DNA from: Actinomycetota bacterium
Lineage (GTDB): Bacteria > Actinomycetota > UBA4738 > JACQTL01
Length of the DNA: 64,000 nucleotides
Direction of reading: 5' to 3'
Assembly (NCBI GenBank): GCA_046263085.1
Contig: JBHELK010000119.1
Coordinates: forward strand, 18,109-82,108
Part shown: positions 36,522 to 45,856 of the stretch, one piece after another
Numbering within the stretch: the first letter of the stretch is position 1
Layout: every line of letters starts with the position of its first letter
Program-made: the position numbers and the translations under genes
Notes under the pieces: model-generated
What the model saw: the letters and a program-made list of their open reading frames with translations, nothing else
What the model was told of the DNA's origin: nothing
Databases searched by the model: none

Positions 36522-38609
36522 CTAGGAGGGCCCCACGGACGAGAAGCCGCAGCTCGTGCCGAAGCAAGCCCGGGCGAAGACCACGGAACCGGAGGGAACC
36601 GCGCCCACGGCGCCGGTGAAGGATCCGTCGGCGGCAACGACCGCCGGGGTGCTGTAGCTCACCTGAGCGGGATCCGTCCCGGCCGGCGCCACGCCGAGGC
36701 TGACGGTGCGGTCTGGGATGGCGTACGAGGTCCAGGTGGCGCCGTCGGCCATGTTGCCGACCGTCTGCCCGCCGACCGTCGTCCCGAAGCTCGTCACGCC
36801 CGCGCTGTATGCGGCGTAGATCGAGGGGGTGGTGACCCCGGTGGTCTGGGTCGTGGAGATCACCGCCCCGGGCTTGATGTCCGGGGCGAAGGACGCGCCG
36901 ATCGGGACGCGCACGGTGATGGTGTTCGAGGCGGTGTCGAACGAGCCGTCGAGCCACGCGAGGTGGGAACAGTTGTTGACGGCGACGAGGGTTGCGCAGT
37001 TGCCGCGGAGCCGGAACGACCGGCCGGCGTGGGTGACGGCTCCCTCGGGGTCGTCCACCGTGCCGGTGCTGCCGACGTTCGAGAGCTTCGCCTGCACCTG
37101 GTACTGCTTGCCGTTCACGAGGAACGCCCACGTGTACACGAATGTCTCCGGCGCCGTCGCCGGCACCGTCGGGTCCGGACCCGGCAGCTTGCTCACCTTC
37201 CAACGGAACTGGAGGTACGGGAGTTGGGCCTCCGGCTGGGAAACGCTCGCCTCGGTGAGGTCCGTACCGTCCTGCGCCCCAGTGGTGGGCTCGAGGGCGC
37301 CGTCGCCTGCGGGGTCGGTTGCCGCCACCACCGGCGCGGTCTCGCCGGCGAACCCGGCGGTCCCGCTCACATTCCCCGCGGCCGATGCGACGAGCGAGGT
37401 GACGCCGTTGGCGGCTGCCGGATCGCGGGGCAGGGGCCCGTTCCACTTCAGGACGTCGAACCCTCGCGTGTAGTCGACCACGTAGACCACGCGGTCCGTG
37501 ACCCAGTGCGCCGCGGACGCCCAGCTGGCGAAGGACTGGAAGAACCCCACGTTGGTGAGCTTGCCGTTCCCGTTCACGTAGAAGAACCGGGTTCCGTGGT
37601 CGTAGTACGCCTGCGCGAAGATCCCGCCGTTGTGGAAGGACGGGCTCGCCTCGAGCCAGTGCGCAGAGCACCCGGCGCCGTCCGCGGGGGTGTTCCCGTC
37701 GAGCATGTAGCCGTTCCTGGTCTGCCACCGGTCGGCCCTGCTGTACGTGCCGCCCTGCCAGCCGGTCATGTCGTAGACGTACGTCGAACCGTTCCCTGTG
37801 CCGTTGGCGCCGCAGCGCCCCGTCAGGTTGGTTTCCGTTCCCACGAGCATGAACCGGTCGGTGGCCTGGTTCGCCCAGCTCGTAGAGTGCATGTATTCGC
37901 TGGTCTTCTGCCCTGCGCCCATGCACGCGAGCTTCTTGGGATGGGCCGGGTCGGTGGTGTCGAGGATGGCGCCCGGGCAGTTCGCGCCGCTCCCGGAGGA
38001 CACGACGACGATGCCGGGGGCGTCCTCGCGGACGTCGTGGCCCGCGGACACACCGGCGAGGGTTGCCCAGTTCCCGACGAGGGCCGGCTTCGTGGGGTCG
38101 TGGAGATCGATGATGTTGCCGCTCGAGCCGTACAGGTAGGTGCAGTCCGCCACGCAGGTCATGGTGTGCTGCGCCAGGCCCGAGACGGAGGCGACCTCGA
38201 CGGGCTTCGTCTTGTCGGTGACGTCGTAGATGTGCAGGAAGTTCTGTCCCGGGCCCACGATCGGGACGTTCCCGGTCTGCGAGTACACGAGGATCTTGCC
38301 GTTCGTGGCGACGTCCTCGTTCTCGTACTGGCTCGGGACCGGCGTGATGCTCACGAGCTGTGGGTCCTCGGGGTTCGAGGCGTCGTAGATGGAGATGCTC
38401 CGCCAGCTGGTGATGTAGAAGTAATGCCCCACGAGCTTGGCTCCGGTGGCGCCGTACACCTCGAATGGCACGAACCGAACGTGCTCGACCCACGACGACG
38501 CAACGCCCTGCGCCGGCGCGTCCGGCCCCGCCCGCCCGATGCCGGGTGACATCACGGCGACGGTGAGCGAAAGCGACACGACCGTCGCGAGGATCCTGAG
38601 CTTCTTCAT
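36522..38609 (-). CDS. Secreted LVIVD beta-propeller protein with a C-terminal ~300 aa conserved module of unknown function ('ACFGxxCG' module)
   Basis: Signal peptide MKKLRILATVVSLSLTVAV. The N-terminal propeller carries blades ISIYDASNPEDP, LHIYDVTDKTKP, IIDLHDPTKP and ILDTTDPAHP. The C-terminal module reads QYQVQAKLSNV...RLRGNCA...LAWLDGSFD...VRVPIGASFAPDIKPGAV...ARACFGTSCG. Confidence 0.75.
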   Translation of the reverse strand: MKKLRILATVVSLSLTVAVMSPGIGRAGPDAPAQGVASSWVEHVRFVPFEVYGATGAKLVGHYFYITSWRSISIYDASNPEDPQLVSITPVPSQYENEDVATNGKILVYSQTGNVPIVGPGQNFLHIYDVTDKTKPVEVASVSGLAQHTMTCVADCTYLYGSSGNIIDLHDPTKPALVGNWATLAGVSAGHDVREDAPGIVVVSSGSGANCPGAILDTTDPAHPKKLACMGAGQKTSEYMHSTSWANQATDRFMLVGTETNLTGRCGANGTGNGSTYVYDMTGWQGGTYSRADRWQTRNGYMLDGNTPADGAGCSAHWLEASPSFHNGGIFAQAYYDHGTRFFYVNGNGKLTNVGFFQSFASWASAAHWVTDRVVYVVDYTRGFDVLKWNGPLPRDPAAANGVTSLVASAAGNVSGTAGFAGETAPVVAATDPAGDGALEPTTGAQDGTDLTEASVSQPEAQLPYLQFRWKVSKLPGPDPTVPATAPETFVYTWAFLVNGKQYQVQAKLSNVGSTGTVDDPEGAVTHAGRSFRLRGNCATLVAVNNCSHLAWLDGSFDTASNTITVRVPIGASFAPDIKPGAVISTTQTTGVTTPSIYAAYSAGVTSFGTTVGGQTVGNMADGATWTSYAIPDRTVSLGVAPAGTDPAQVSYSTPAVVAADGSFTGAVGAVPSGSVVFARACFGTSCGFSSVGPS

Positions 38610-38628
38610 CTCATGCCTTCCTGTTCGA

Positions 38629-40683
38629 TCAGGGCGCGACCGAGCGGTATCCGCAGCTCGCGCCGAAGCAGGCCTGGGCGAACACCTGGGAACCTGCCGG
38701 GACGCTCGGCACCTGGCCGGTGAAGGTCCCGTCGTCGTTCAGCGTGACCGGGATGGTGTAGTCGACCGTCGATGGATCCGTCCCGGCGGGAGCGACGCCC
38801 AGCATCACGGTGGCCTTCGGGATCGTGTACTGATCCCAGTCGATGTCGTCCGCGACGGTGGTGTTCGTCACCAGCACCGAGTTCGCGGCGTACAGCGTCG
38901 GCAGGCTGGCCGACGGCGTGAGGACCGCGCCGGGCTTGATGTCGGGGGCGTACGAGGCGCCGACCGGCACGCGGACCATGATGGTCTTGTTCGGGACGTC
39001 GATCGAGCCGTCGAGCCACGCGAGCGTCGGGCAGTTGTTGAGCACCCCGACCACCGCGCAGTTCCCGCGGAGCCGGAAGGAACGGCCGAGCCTCGTCACG
39101 GGGCTCGTGGGGTCGTCGGCGAGGACGGTGCTGGCGATGTTCTCGACCTTGGCCTGCACGGCGTAGTCCTTGTTGTTCGCCTTGAAGTACCAGTTGTAGG
39201 AGGTGGTCTCGGGGATCGCCCCGGACGTGGTGTCCGGCAGCGGGAGGTTCGTCACCTTGAACCGAAGCTCCACGTACGGCAGTTGCGCCTGCGGCTGTGA
39301 GAGGCTCGCCTCCACGAGGTCGGCGCCGGCCGCGTCGGAGACCTGCGCAACCCCTGGGCCGTCACCCACGGCGTCGGTGAAGGTGGTCGGGCTCGTCTCG
39401 CCGGCGAAGGTGGCGGTACCCGTGACCGTGGCCCCGCTGCCCGAGGCCGTCGCCACGAGCTGGGTCACGGCGTTGTCGGCCGCCGCGTCGTGCGGCAGGG
39501 GCCCGTTGTACTTCAGGACGTCGATGCCCCTCGTGTAGTCCACCGCGTACACGACACGGTCGGTGATCCAGTGCACTGCCGACGTCGACCCGCCGAACGG
39601 GGTGAAGAACCCGACGGGTGTGAGCTTGCCGTTGCCGTTGACGTAGAAGAACCGGGTCCCGTGCTCGTAGTAGCCCTGGGCGAAGATGCCGCCGTTGTGG
39701 AAGGAGGGCGCCGCCTCCAGCCAGTGAGCGGAGCATCCGAGCACGTTCACCGGGGGGTTCCCGTCGAACAGGTAGCCGTTCTTGCCCTGCATGCGGTCCG
39801 TGCGGTGGTACGTGCCGCTCTCCCACCCGGTGGTGTCGTAGACGTAGGTGGCGCCGTTGCCGGTGGCGTTCGCGCCGCACCGGGTCTTCTCGTTCGTCTC
39901 CGAGCCGACCAGCATGAATCGGTCGGTGGCGTTGTTCGGCCACGTTTCCGAGTGCATGTACTCGGACGTCCTCTGGGTGCTGGCGATGCACGAGAGCTTC
40001 ACCGGGTTCACCGGGTCCGTGACGTCGAGGACGGCGCCCGGACAGTTCTGTCCGCTGCCCGAGGAGACGACCACGATCCCCGGCGCGTCCTCACGGACGT
40101 CGTGGCCCCCGGAGACGCCCGCCTTCTGGGCCCAGTTGCCGACGAGCGCCGGCTTCGTGGGGTCCCGCAGGTCGATGATGTTGCCGCTCGAGCCGTAGAG
40201 GTAGGTGCAGTCGGCGACGCACGTCATCGTGTGCTGAGCGATGCCGGCGACGTTTGCGATCATGACAGGGTTCGCCTTGTCGGTGACGTCGTAGATCCGC
40301 AGGTGGTTCGACCCGCCGCCGGCGAGGGATGCGCTGGTCTCGCTGAAGACCAGGACCTTGCCGTTCGTGGCGACATCCTCGTTCTCGAACCGGTGCGGGT
40401 CGCTCGGGTCCTCCTTGGCGAAGGGCACGATGCTCACGAGCTGAGGGTCCTCGGGGGTCGACGTGTCGTAGATCGACAATGACCTCCACCCCGTGACGTA
40501 GTAGTAGTGGCCGACGAGGCGGGCGCCGGTGGCGCCGTACACCTCGAACGGAACGAACTTCACGTGCTCGACCAGGGTCGAGGTGACGCCCTGGGCCGGG
40601 GCATCCGGGCCGGCCGCCACGACCTGCGAGCCGGTGGGTACCGCCACGAGAGCGAGGGTGAGGATCAGCGCCAGTCGTCGCAT
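38629..40683 (-). CDS. Secreted LVIVD beta-propeller protein with the C-terminal 'ACFGxxCG' module (tandem paralog of 36522-38609)
   Basis: Signal peptide MRRLALILTLALVAVPTG. The protein is collinear with, and highly similar to, the downstream paralog throughout. C-terminus ...AQACFGASCGYRSVAP. Confidence 0.75.
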   Translation of the reverse strand: MRRLALILTLALVAVPTGSQVVAAGPDAPAQGVTSTLVEHVKFVPFEVYGATGARLVGHYYYVTGWRSLSIYDTSTPEDPQLVSIVPFAKEDPSDPHRFENEDVATNGKVLVFSETSASLAGGGSNHLRIYDVTDKANPVMIANVAGIAQHTMTCVADCTYLYGSSGNIIDLRDPTKPALVGNWAQKAGVSGGHDVREDAPGIVVVSSGSGQNCPGAVLDVTDPVNPVKLSCIASTQRTSEYMHSETWPNNATDRFMLVGSETNEKTRCGANATGNGATYVYDTTGWESGTYHRTDRMQGKNGYLFDGNPPVNVLGCSAHWLEAAPSFHNGGIFAQGYYEHGTRFFYVNGNGKLTPVGFFTPFGGSTSAVHWITDRVVYAVDYTRGIDVLKYNGPLPHDAAADNAVTQLVATASGSGATVTGTATFAGETSPTTFTDAVGDGPGVAQVSDAAGADLVEASLSQPQAQLPYVELRFKVTNLPLPDTTSGAIPETTSYNWYFKANNKDYAVQAKVENIASTVLADDPTSPVTRLGRSFRLRGNCAVVGVLNNCPTLAWLDGSIDVPNKTIMVRVPVGASYAPDIKPGAVLTPSASLPTLYAANSVLVTNTTVADDIDWDQYTIPKATVMLGVAPAGTDPSTVDYTIPVTLNDDGTFTGQVPSVPAGSQVFAQACFGASCGYRSVAP

Positions 40684-40710
40684 CTACGTTTCTCCTGTCG
40701 TCCTGGTCGT

Positions 40711-42279
40711 CTATGCGACGACGTTCTGGGTCACGGTCACGGGCTGGTAGGCGTCGTCGCCGGCCCAGGTCGCGGTGACCTGGTGAGGGCCGGCGGGAAG
40801 AGCAAGCGGAGCTGAGAACGTGCCGTCCGCCGCGGTGGTCGCGGTGACCGACGTGCTCCCGGAGCTCACCGTCAGGGTGATCCCGGCGAGGGGCTTGTTG
40901 ACCCACCCGAGGTAGGTCCACACGGCGTAGCGGTCGAGCTTGCCGGTGATGGCCCCGCCGGTGGCGGCCGCGTTCACCTGGAGGCGGGCCACCTTCTTCG
41001 GCATCGCTCCGGTGTAGGTGAAGACGTCCATCCCGCGGGTGATGTCCTGCGTGAAGACGTACCGGTCGAATTTCGGATCGTCGAAGCGGGTCCACTTCGA
41101 GGACCACGTGTTGGCGCCCTCCGGCAGGAAGTTCCCAACCGTGTTGCCCCACGTGGTGGGCCCGCCGAACGTCGTGCCCTTGAACTCCTGGTACTCACCG
41201 CCGGAGGCCTTCGTCGGGAACTGCATGTCGGCGACGAACGTGCCCGCCGAGTAATGGGCCACCGACATCAGGAACCGCTCCGCCTGGAACGTGAGCACGT
41301 GGATCGTGCAGTTGCCCCACTGCCGCTGCGCGGTGGGGTCGGTGAGGCTGTAGAACGGCGCGAACCAGTGCCCGATCTCCTTCGGGTTGCTCAGGCTCGC
41401 CCCCGGGATGTACTTGCCGCTGATGTCGTAGATGTGGGCGCCGCCGCCCGGGCAGGTTTCATTGGTGAGGCCGCCGCCGCGCTCGTCGGTGAGGACCACG
41501 AACGATGAGTCCGGCGAGGGGTCGGCCTGGTGCCCGATCGAGACGTTCCCGTCGTGGACGTTCTTGATGATGGTGGGCTTCGCCGGGTCCGAGAGGTCGA
41601 CGATCTGCAGGTTGGTGCTCGACTGAGGGCACGCCGAGTAGCCGATCGTCGGGTTGTTCGGATCGACCGTGAGGTCGTGGCCACAGATCTGCGGCGCCTG
41701 CCCCAGGACCTTCGGGTTCCTCGCATCCGAGTAGTCGACGATGTAGGTGGGGAGCAGCGTGTAGAAGTACTGGTCGTTGATGATCGTCACGTTGTGGGCG
41801 CCGTCCACGCCCTCGAAGTGCGACAGCAGCTGCGGATTGGCCACATCGGTGATGTCCACGATGTCCACACCGATACCGTTCGTCCCGCCACCGTGGTCGA
41901 CGGTCGAACCGAGGTTGTCGGTGGCGAGCAGCACGATGTTGCGCCGCGGGTTCACCTGGATGTCGCCCTCCCAGTTGAATCCTGGATCGACGAAAGCGCC
42001 GGCGATCAGCGGCAGGTCCGGATTGGTGATGTCGATGATGTTGAACCCGTGGCCCATGTCGCCGACCACGGCGTAGCGCTTCAGCGCCCCGTCGGACAGC
42101 TTGCGCTCGAAGAACTCGATGTCGCTGCCGACATCGGCCGGGACGTTCCACTTCCAGTCCATGTTGTGCTTGCCCAGGGCACCGGCGGCGGGAATGACGG
42201 CCCCGGCCGGCTGGCCGGCGAACGTCGCAGTCAGGATGGCCGCTGCGACGAATGCGAGTGCTGTCTTCCTCAAGGTCAT
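40711..42279 (-). CDS. Secreted LVIVD beta-propeller protein with C-terminal Ig-like/big domain
   Basis: Signal peptide MTLRKTALAFVAAAILTATFAG. Blades include FNIIDITNPDLP, VDIVDITDVANP, LQIVDLSDPAKP and AHIYDISGK. The C-terminus has a Thr-rich beta domain. Confidence 0.75.
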   Translation of the reverse strand: MTLRKTALAFVAAAILTATFAGQPAGAVIPAAGALGKHNMDWKWNVPADVGSDIEFFERKLSDGALKRYAVVGDMGHGFNIIDITNPDLPLIAGAFVDPGFNWEGDIQVNPRRNIVLLATDNLGSTVDHGGGTNGIGVDIVDITDVANPQLLSHFEGVDGAHNVTIINDQYFYTLLPTYIVDYSDARNPKVLGQAPQICGHDLTVDPNNPTIGYSACPQSSTNLQIVDLSDPAKPTIIKNVHDGNVSIGHQADPSPDSSFVVLTDERGGGLTNETCPGGGAHIYDISGKYIPGASLSNPKEIGHWFAPFYSLTDPTAQRQWGNCTIHVLTFQAERFLMSVAHYSAGTFVADMQFPTKASGGEYQEFKGTTFGGPTTWGNTVGNFLPEGANTWSSKWTRFDDPKFDRYVFTQDITRGMDVFTYTGAMPKKVARLQVNAAATGGAITGKLDRYAVWTYLGWVNKPLAGITLTVSSGSTSVTATTAADGTFSAPLALPAGPHQVTATWAGDDAYQPVTVTQNVVA

Positions 42280-42288
42280 TCTCCGGTC

Positions 42289-43989
42289 TTACGTCTGGAC
42301 GGATTGGGTGACGCTGGCCTGCTGGAACGTGTCGTCGCCCGTCCAGGTCACGGTGACCTGGTGCGACCCGGCGGAGAGTCCGAGGTTCGCCGAGAACGTG
42401 CCGTCGTCGGCGGTCGTGGCCATCACGGTGACGCCGCCGCCCGTGACCTCCACGCTCCGTCCGGCGAGGGACTTGTTGACCCATCCCTGGTACGTGAGGA
42501 CGGCGTAACGATCGAGCTTGCCGGTGGCCACGCCTCCGGGCGCGGCAGGATCGACAGCGAGGCGCGCAAGTTTCTTCGGCAGCGGCCCCGTGTACTTCAG
42601 GATGTCGAACCCCCGTACGAGCCCGTTCGTGAAGACGTAGCGACCCGTGTCCGGATCGGCGGCGGAAGCGTCGAACGGCCACCACTGCGACGCGTTCACG
42701 AAGTCGCCCTCGGCGAGGAAGTTGCCCGTGGTGTTGCCCCAGGTGGTGGGCCCGAGCCCCCGGACGGCGCTGCACGGAGGGGTGACCTCCGGGCGGCAGG
42801 TCCAATCCCGCTTGGGGTTTCTATTCCATTCGGTATAGAGACCACCGCTCGACTTCGTGGCGGCAGTCGGATCGCCCACCCAGCTTCCGAGCGTGTAAAC
42901 ACCGGCGGTGAAGATCATCCGCTCGGCCTGGAACTGCCAGCTGTGGGTCGTGCAGCTGGCCCAGTTCGGATGGTTCGAATCCGGGTCGGGATCAGTGGAC
43001 TCGATCGTGTTGAAAGGCGCGAACCACTTCCCCATCTTGATCGGGTTCGTGAGACTCGCCCCGGGCATGTACTTCCCGCTGATGTCCCAGAAGTGGATTC
43101 CTCCACCCGGGCACTGGAAGTACGTGTAGCCGGTCGCGGGCCCGATCCGATAGTCGGTGACGCCGATGAACGAGGAATCCGCGGATGGATAGACCTCGTG
43201 GGCGAGGCTGATCTCCGGATCTTGCTTCTGGACGATGACGACCGGATGGGCCGGATCCGTGGTGTCGAGGATCCCCCACTTGGCGGGCTGCGCGCAGAAG
43301 CCGACGTAGGTCCGGCCCGGGATGTTCGGATCGGGATAGAACTCGTGGCCGCAGAGGTTGTTCAAGCCCGCGTCTGCGAGCTTCGGCTTCGCCGGGTCGG
43401 CCACGTCGATGATGTGCGTGGGAAGGGTGGTGTACAGGTATCGGTCGTCGATCCACCGGATGGTGTGCGGCCCGTTCGAGTCGCCCTGCCCCAGAGCCGC
43501 CACCTGGCCGCGGTACACCGGATTCGTGACGTCGGAGATGTCGACGATGTCGACGCCGTTCGAGCCCCCGTGGCCGAGGTTCGGGTCGGTCGGAGGCCAC
43601 GCGGATCTGCCCGGTGCCTCGATGGAGTACGCCACGAGCTTGCGGGTGGGATTCACCGAGACCCACGAGTGGTAGTTGAAGCCCACCGTCACGTAGCGGC
43701 CCACGGTCGAAGGCTCAGCCGGGTCGGTGATGTCGATGATGTCGAACCCGAAGTTGTGAGCGACCACGGCGTACCGGGAAAGCGAGCCGTTCGACTCCTG
43801 CCGCTCGAAGAAGTCGAGCGCGTTGCCGCCCGAGCTGACCTGGTTGTTGACCCAGGTCACGTTCTTCGAGCTCACGATGCCCTCGGCGGGAAGACCGGCC
43901 GGCTGTGCGCCGGCGGGGATCGCCGCCGTGCCGCCGAGCATGGCGGCGGCGAGCGCCGCGACCCCCAGCTTGCGCACCGAGCCCGTCAT
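42289..43989 (-). CDS. Secreted LVIVD beta-propeller protein with C-terminal Ig-like domain (tandem paralog of 40711-42279)
   Basis: Start trimmed to MTGSVRKLGVAALAAAMLGGTAAIPAGA (signal peptide). The protein is collinear with its paralog (FDIIDITDPAEP, VDIVDISDVTNP, IHFWDISGK). The ATG overlaps the upstream stop in an ATGA arrangement. Confidence 0.75.
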   Translation of the reverse strand: MTGSVRKLGVAALAAAMLGGTAAIPAGAQPAGLPAEGIVSSKNVTWVNNQVSSGGNALDFFERQESNGSLSRYAVVAHNFGFDIIDITDPAEPSTVGRYVTVGFNYHSWVSVNPTRKLVAYSIEAPGRSAWPPTDPNLGHGGSNGVDIVDISDVTNPVYRGQVAALGQGDSNGPHTIRWIDDRYLYTTLPTHIIDVADPAKPKLADAGLNNLCGHEFYPDPNIPGRTYVGFCAQPAKWGILDTTDPAHPVVIVQKQDPEISLAHEVYPSADSSFIGVTDYRIGPATGYTYFQCPGGGIHFWDISGKYMPGASLTNPIKMGKWFAPFNTIESTDPDPDSNHPNWASCTTHSWQFQAERMIFTAGVYTLGSWVGDPTAATKSSGGLYTEWNRNPKRDWTCRPEVTPPCSAVRGLGPTTWGNTTGNFLAEGDFVNASQWWPFDASAADPDTGRYVFTNGLVRGFDILKYTGPLPKKLARLAVDPAAPGGVATGKLDRYAVLTYQGWVNKSLAGRSVEVTGGGVTVMATTADDGTFSANLGLSAGSHQVTVTWTGDDTFQQASVTQSVQT

Positions 43990-45764
43990 CGGTCCGCCGG
44001 AGCCACGATCACGGATCCCTGCATAGACGTGTCGGTCGCCGACGACGTCGACGTATAGACCCACGTGCCGGACTCGTCCTCGAAATCAGCGGAGTGCGAC
44101 TTGCGCGGCGGAATGTCGCCGTTGGAGTTGATCTCGTCCCCCGGGAGGATGACCGAGCCCTCGGTCGTGACGACCACGGCCCGCTCTGCCGTTACGTTGT
44201 GGGGGACGGTGTCCTCGTTCACCCACAGGACCTTGACGTCGCGCGGGATCGTGATGACCTGCGGCACGAACTGACCGTCGATGATCTCCACGGTGTACGT
44301 GTCCGGCGTGTCCTGGACGAACGTGACCCGATAGACCGAGCCGTGGAAATCGGCGACGTACATGGCGCCGTCCGGTCCGAACACCACGTCGATGGGGGCG
44401 CCGCCCGTCATGAACGCCCGGGTCCAGGCCACGGTGCCGTCCTCGTTGAAGTGGACCTGTTGGATCTTGTGGCCGCTCGGCTCGGGAGGAACGGCGTTCG
44501 TGTTCCAGATGCTGCCCCACTCGGCCACGAAGAGGTCGCCGTCGTAGCGCTCCGGGAAGTCGTCGCCGCGCTCGAACGCGAGGCCGGACGTCCCGCTGTG
44601 CGCGCTGAGGAACTTGACGGGGCGCAGGATGTGGTCGATCGGAGTCCGAGGCGGAGCCGCTGGGCAGTGGCCGAACTTGGCGATCGTCGCCTCGTTCAGG
44701 TTGTCGTCCGGGTCGTAGATCTCGGGGTGCTCATGGCCACCCGACGGCTGCGGCCAGGCGTTGACGTGCTGGCCGTAGAGGCAGGACGGGAACCCCGCGT
44801 CGTCGATGACCGGGCCATAGATCGGGTTGCCCTGTGGGTCGGTACCGACGACGTGCTGGTCACAGATGTTGGTTCGGTACAGGGGCTCGTTGGAGGCGGG
44901 GTTGTCCGAGCCGTTCATCGGCGTGTAGAGCGAGCAGGGATCGCCGGGCTGGGTGTCGACGTCGTAGATGTTGCGGAAGCCCCGGGCGGCGAGGACCTCG
45001 TCGTCGTCCAGAACGCCGGGGTCGTCGTAGCCGTTGGCGTCGACGGTGACGTCCTTCAGCAGGTCGACGTCGCGCCACGCGGGATTGACGCGCAGGATCG
45101 ATCCCGTCCAGGGCTGGACCTCCTGGGTCGGGCATGCGAGCGGCGAGGCCGGCTCGGGCCCGCATTCGGTTCCGTCGTCGGTGGCACTGCCCGTCGCGAC
45201 GTACAGCATGCCGTCAGGGCCGAACACCATGCCGTTCGTCTGATGGCGGCCGTTCGGGATGTCCTTGAGGATCGTCGCTCGCGTCTCATACGTGCCGTCG
45301 CCATCCGCGTCGCGCAGCGCGAGGATGCTCCCCTTGTACGCGGTCGTGTCGTTGTCGGAGACGTACATCGTGCCGTCGGGCCCGAAGACCATCCCGATGA
45401 CCTGGCCGAAGCCGTCGGCGACCGGGATCGGAGCCCCGCCCGCCACCACGCCGTCGACCACGTCGAAGGAGTAGACGGCGCCGTTCGAGAGCGCCTGGGG
45501 CCCGTCGCCGGCTGCAACGCCCTGCACCGACGTGACGAAGAGCTTCCCGCCCGGTCCGAACGTGAGGCTGGTGGCGAGATCGCCCGGGGGAAGCTGGGCG
45601 AAGGTGGAGACGCCGAACCCGACCGGCGGAACGAGGGCCCCGGCCAGCTCGACGGGATCGTGGGCCTGGGCCGGTGCCTGGACGAGACCGGGACCGGCGA
45701 GGGTCACGAGGATCACGATCGCTCGGGCGAGTCCGCGAAACCGCGTGCGTCCGTTCCCCTTCAC
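43986..45764 (-). CDS. Secreted soluble glucose/sorbosone dehydrogenase-like (SGDH/PQQ-dependent-like) beta-propeller protein with C-terminal cupredoxin-like domain
   Basis: GTG start at 45764, preceded by GGGAGGAG. Signal peptide (M)KGNGRTRFRGLARAIVILVTLAGPGLVQAPAQA. Repeated GMVFGPDGTMYVSDND / GMVFGPDGMLYVATGS / VVFGPDGAMYVADFHG blades are typical of the GSDH family. The C-terminal ~110 aa have a plastocyanin-like pattern (VPHNVTA...), but the Cys ligand appears to be replaced. Confidence 0.7.
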   Translation of the reverse strand: MKGNGRTRFRGLARAIVILVTLAGPGLVQAPAQAHDPVELAGALVPPVGFGVSTFAQLPPGDLATSLTFGPGGKLFVTSVQGVAAGDGPQALSNGAVYSFDVVDGVVAGGAPIPVADGFGQVIGMVFGPDGTMYVSDNDTTAYKGSILALRDADGDGTYETRATILKDIPNGRHQTNGMVFGPDGMLYVATGSATDDGTECGPEPASPLACPTQEVQPWTGSILRVNPAWRDVDLLKDVTVDANGYDDPGVLDDDEVLAARGFRNIYDVDTQPGDPCSLYTPMNGSDNPASNEPLYRTNICDQHVVGTDPQGNPIYGPVIDDAGFPSCLYGQHVNAWPQPSGGHEHPEIYDPDDNLNEATIAKFGHCPAAPPRTPIDHILRPVKFLSAHSGTSGLAFERGDDFPERYDGDLFVAEWGSIWNTNAVPPEPSGHKIQQVHFNEDGTVAWTRAFMTGGAPIDVVFGPDGAMYVADFHGSVYRVTFVQDTPDTYTVEIIDGQFVPQVITIPRDVKVLWVNEDTVPHNVTAERAVVVTTEGSVILPGDEINSNGDIPPRKSHSADFEDESGTWVYTSTSSATDTSMQGSVIVAPADR

Positions 45765-45829
45765 GACGGGCTCCTCCCAAAGACACGACCGTCCCGGGGA
45801 CCTTTCGAGGGGAACGGGCCGGCTACCTT

Positions 45830-45843
45830 TGTGCAAGTGCACA
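45830..45843. promoter_or_regulatory. Palindromic putative operator, site 3: TGTGCAAGTGCACA (extended form TTGTGCA-AG-TGCACAA)
   Basis: Perfect 16-bp inverted repeat 66 nt upstream of the GTG at 45764. This GTG heads the apparent seven-gene minus-strand operon running 45764 to 33881. Confidence 0.6.
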
Positions 45844-45856
45844 AGCGAGGGCCGGC

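Noticed and set aside
35029-38493. 1154 aa minus-strand ORF as a single giant gene
   Set aside because: Only the C-terminal 468 codons are kept, starting at the GTG at 36435, which has an AAGGAGGA RBS and a signal peptide. The upstream part is out-of-frame overlap with the 36522-38609 propeller gene.
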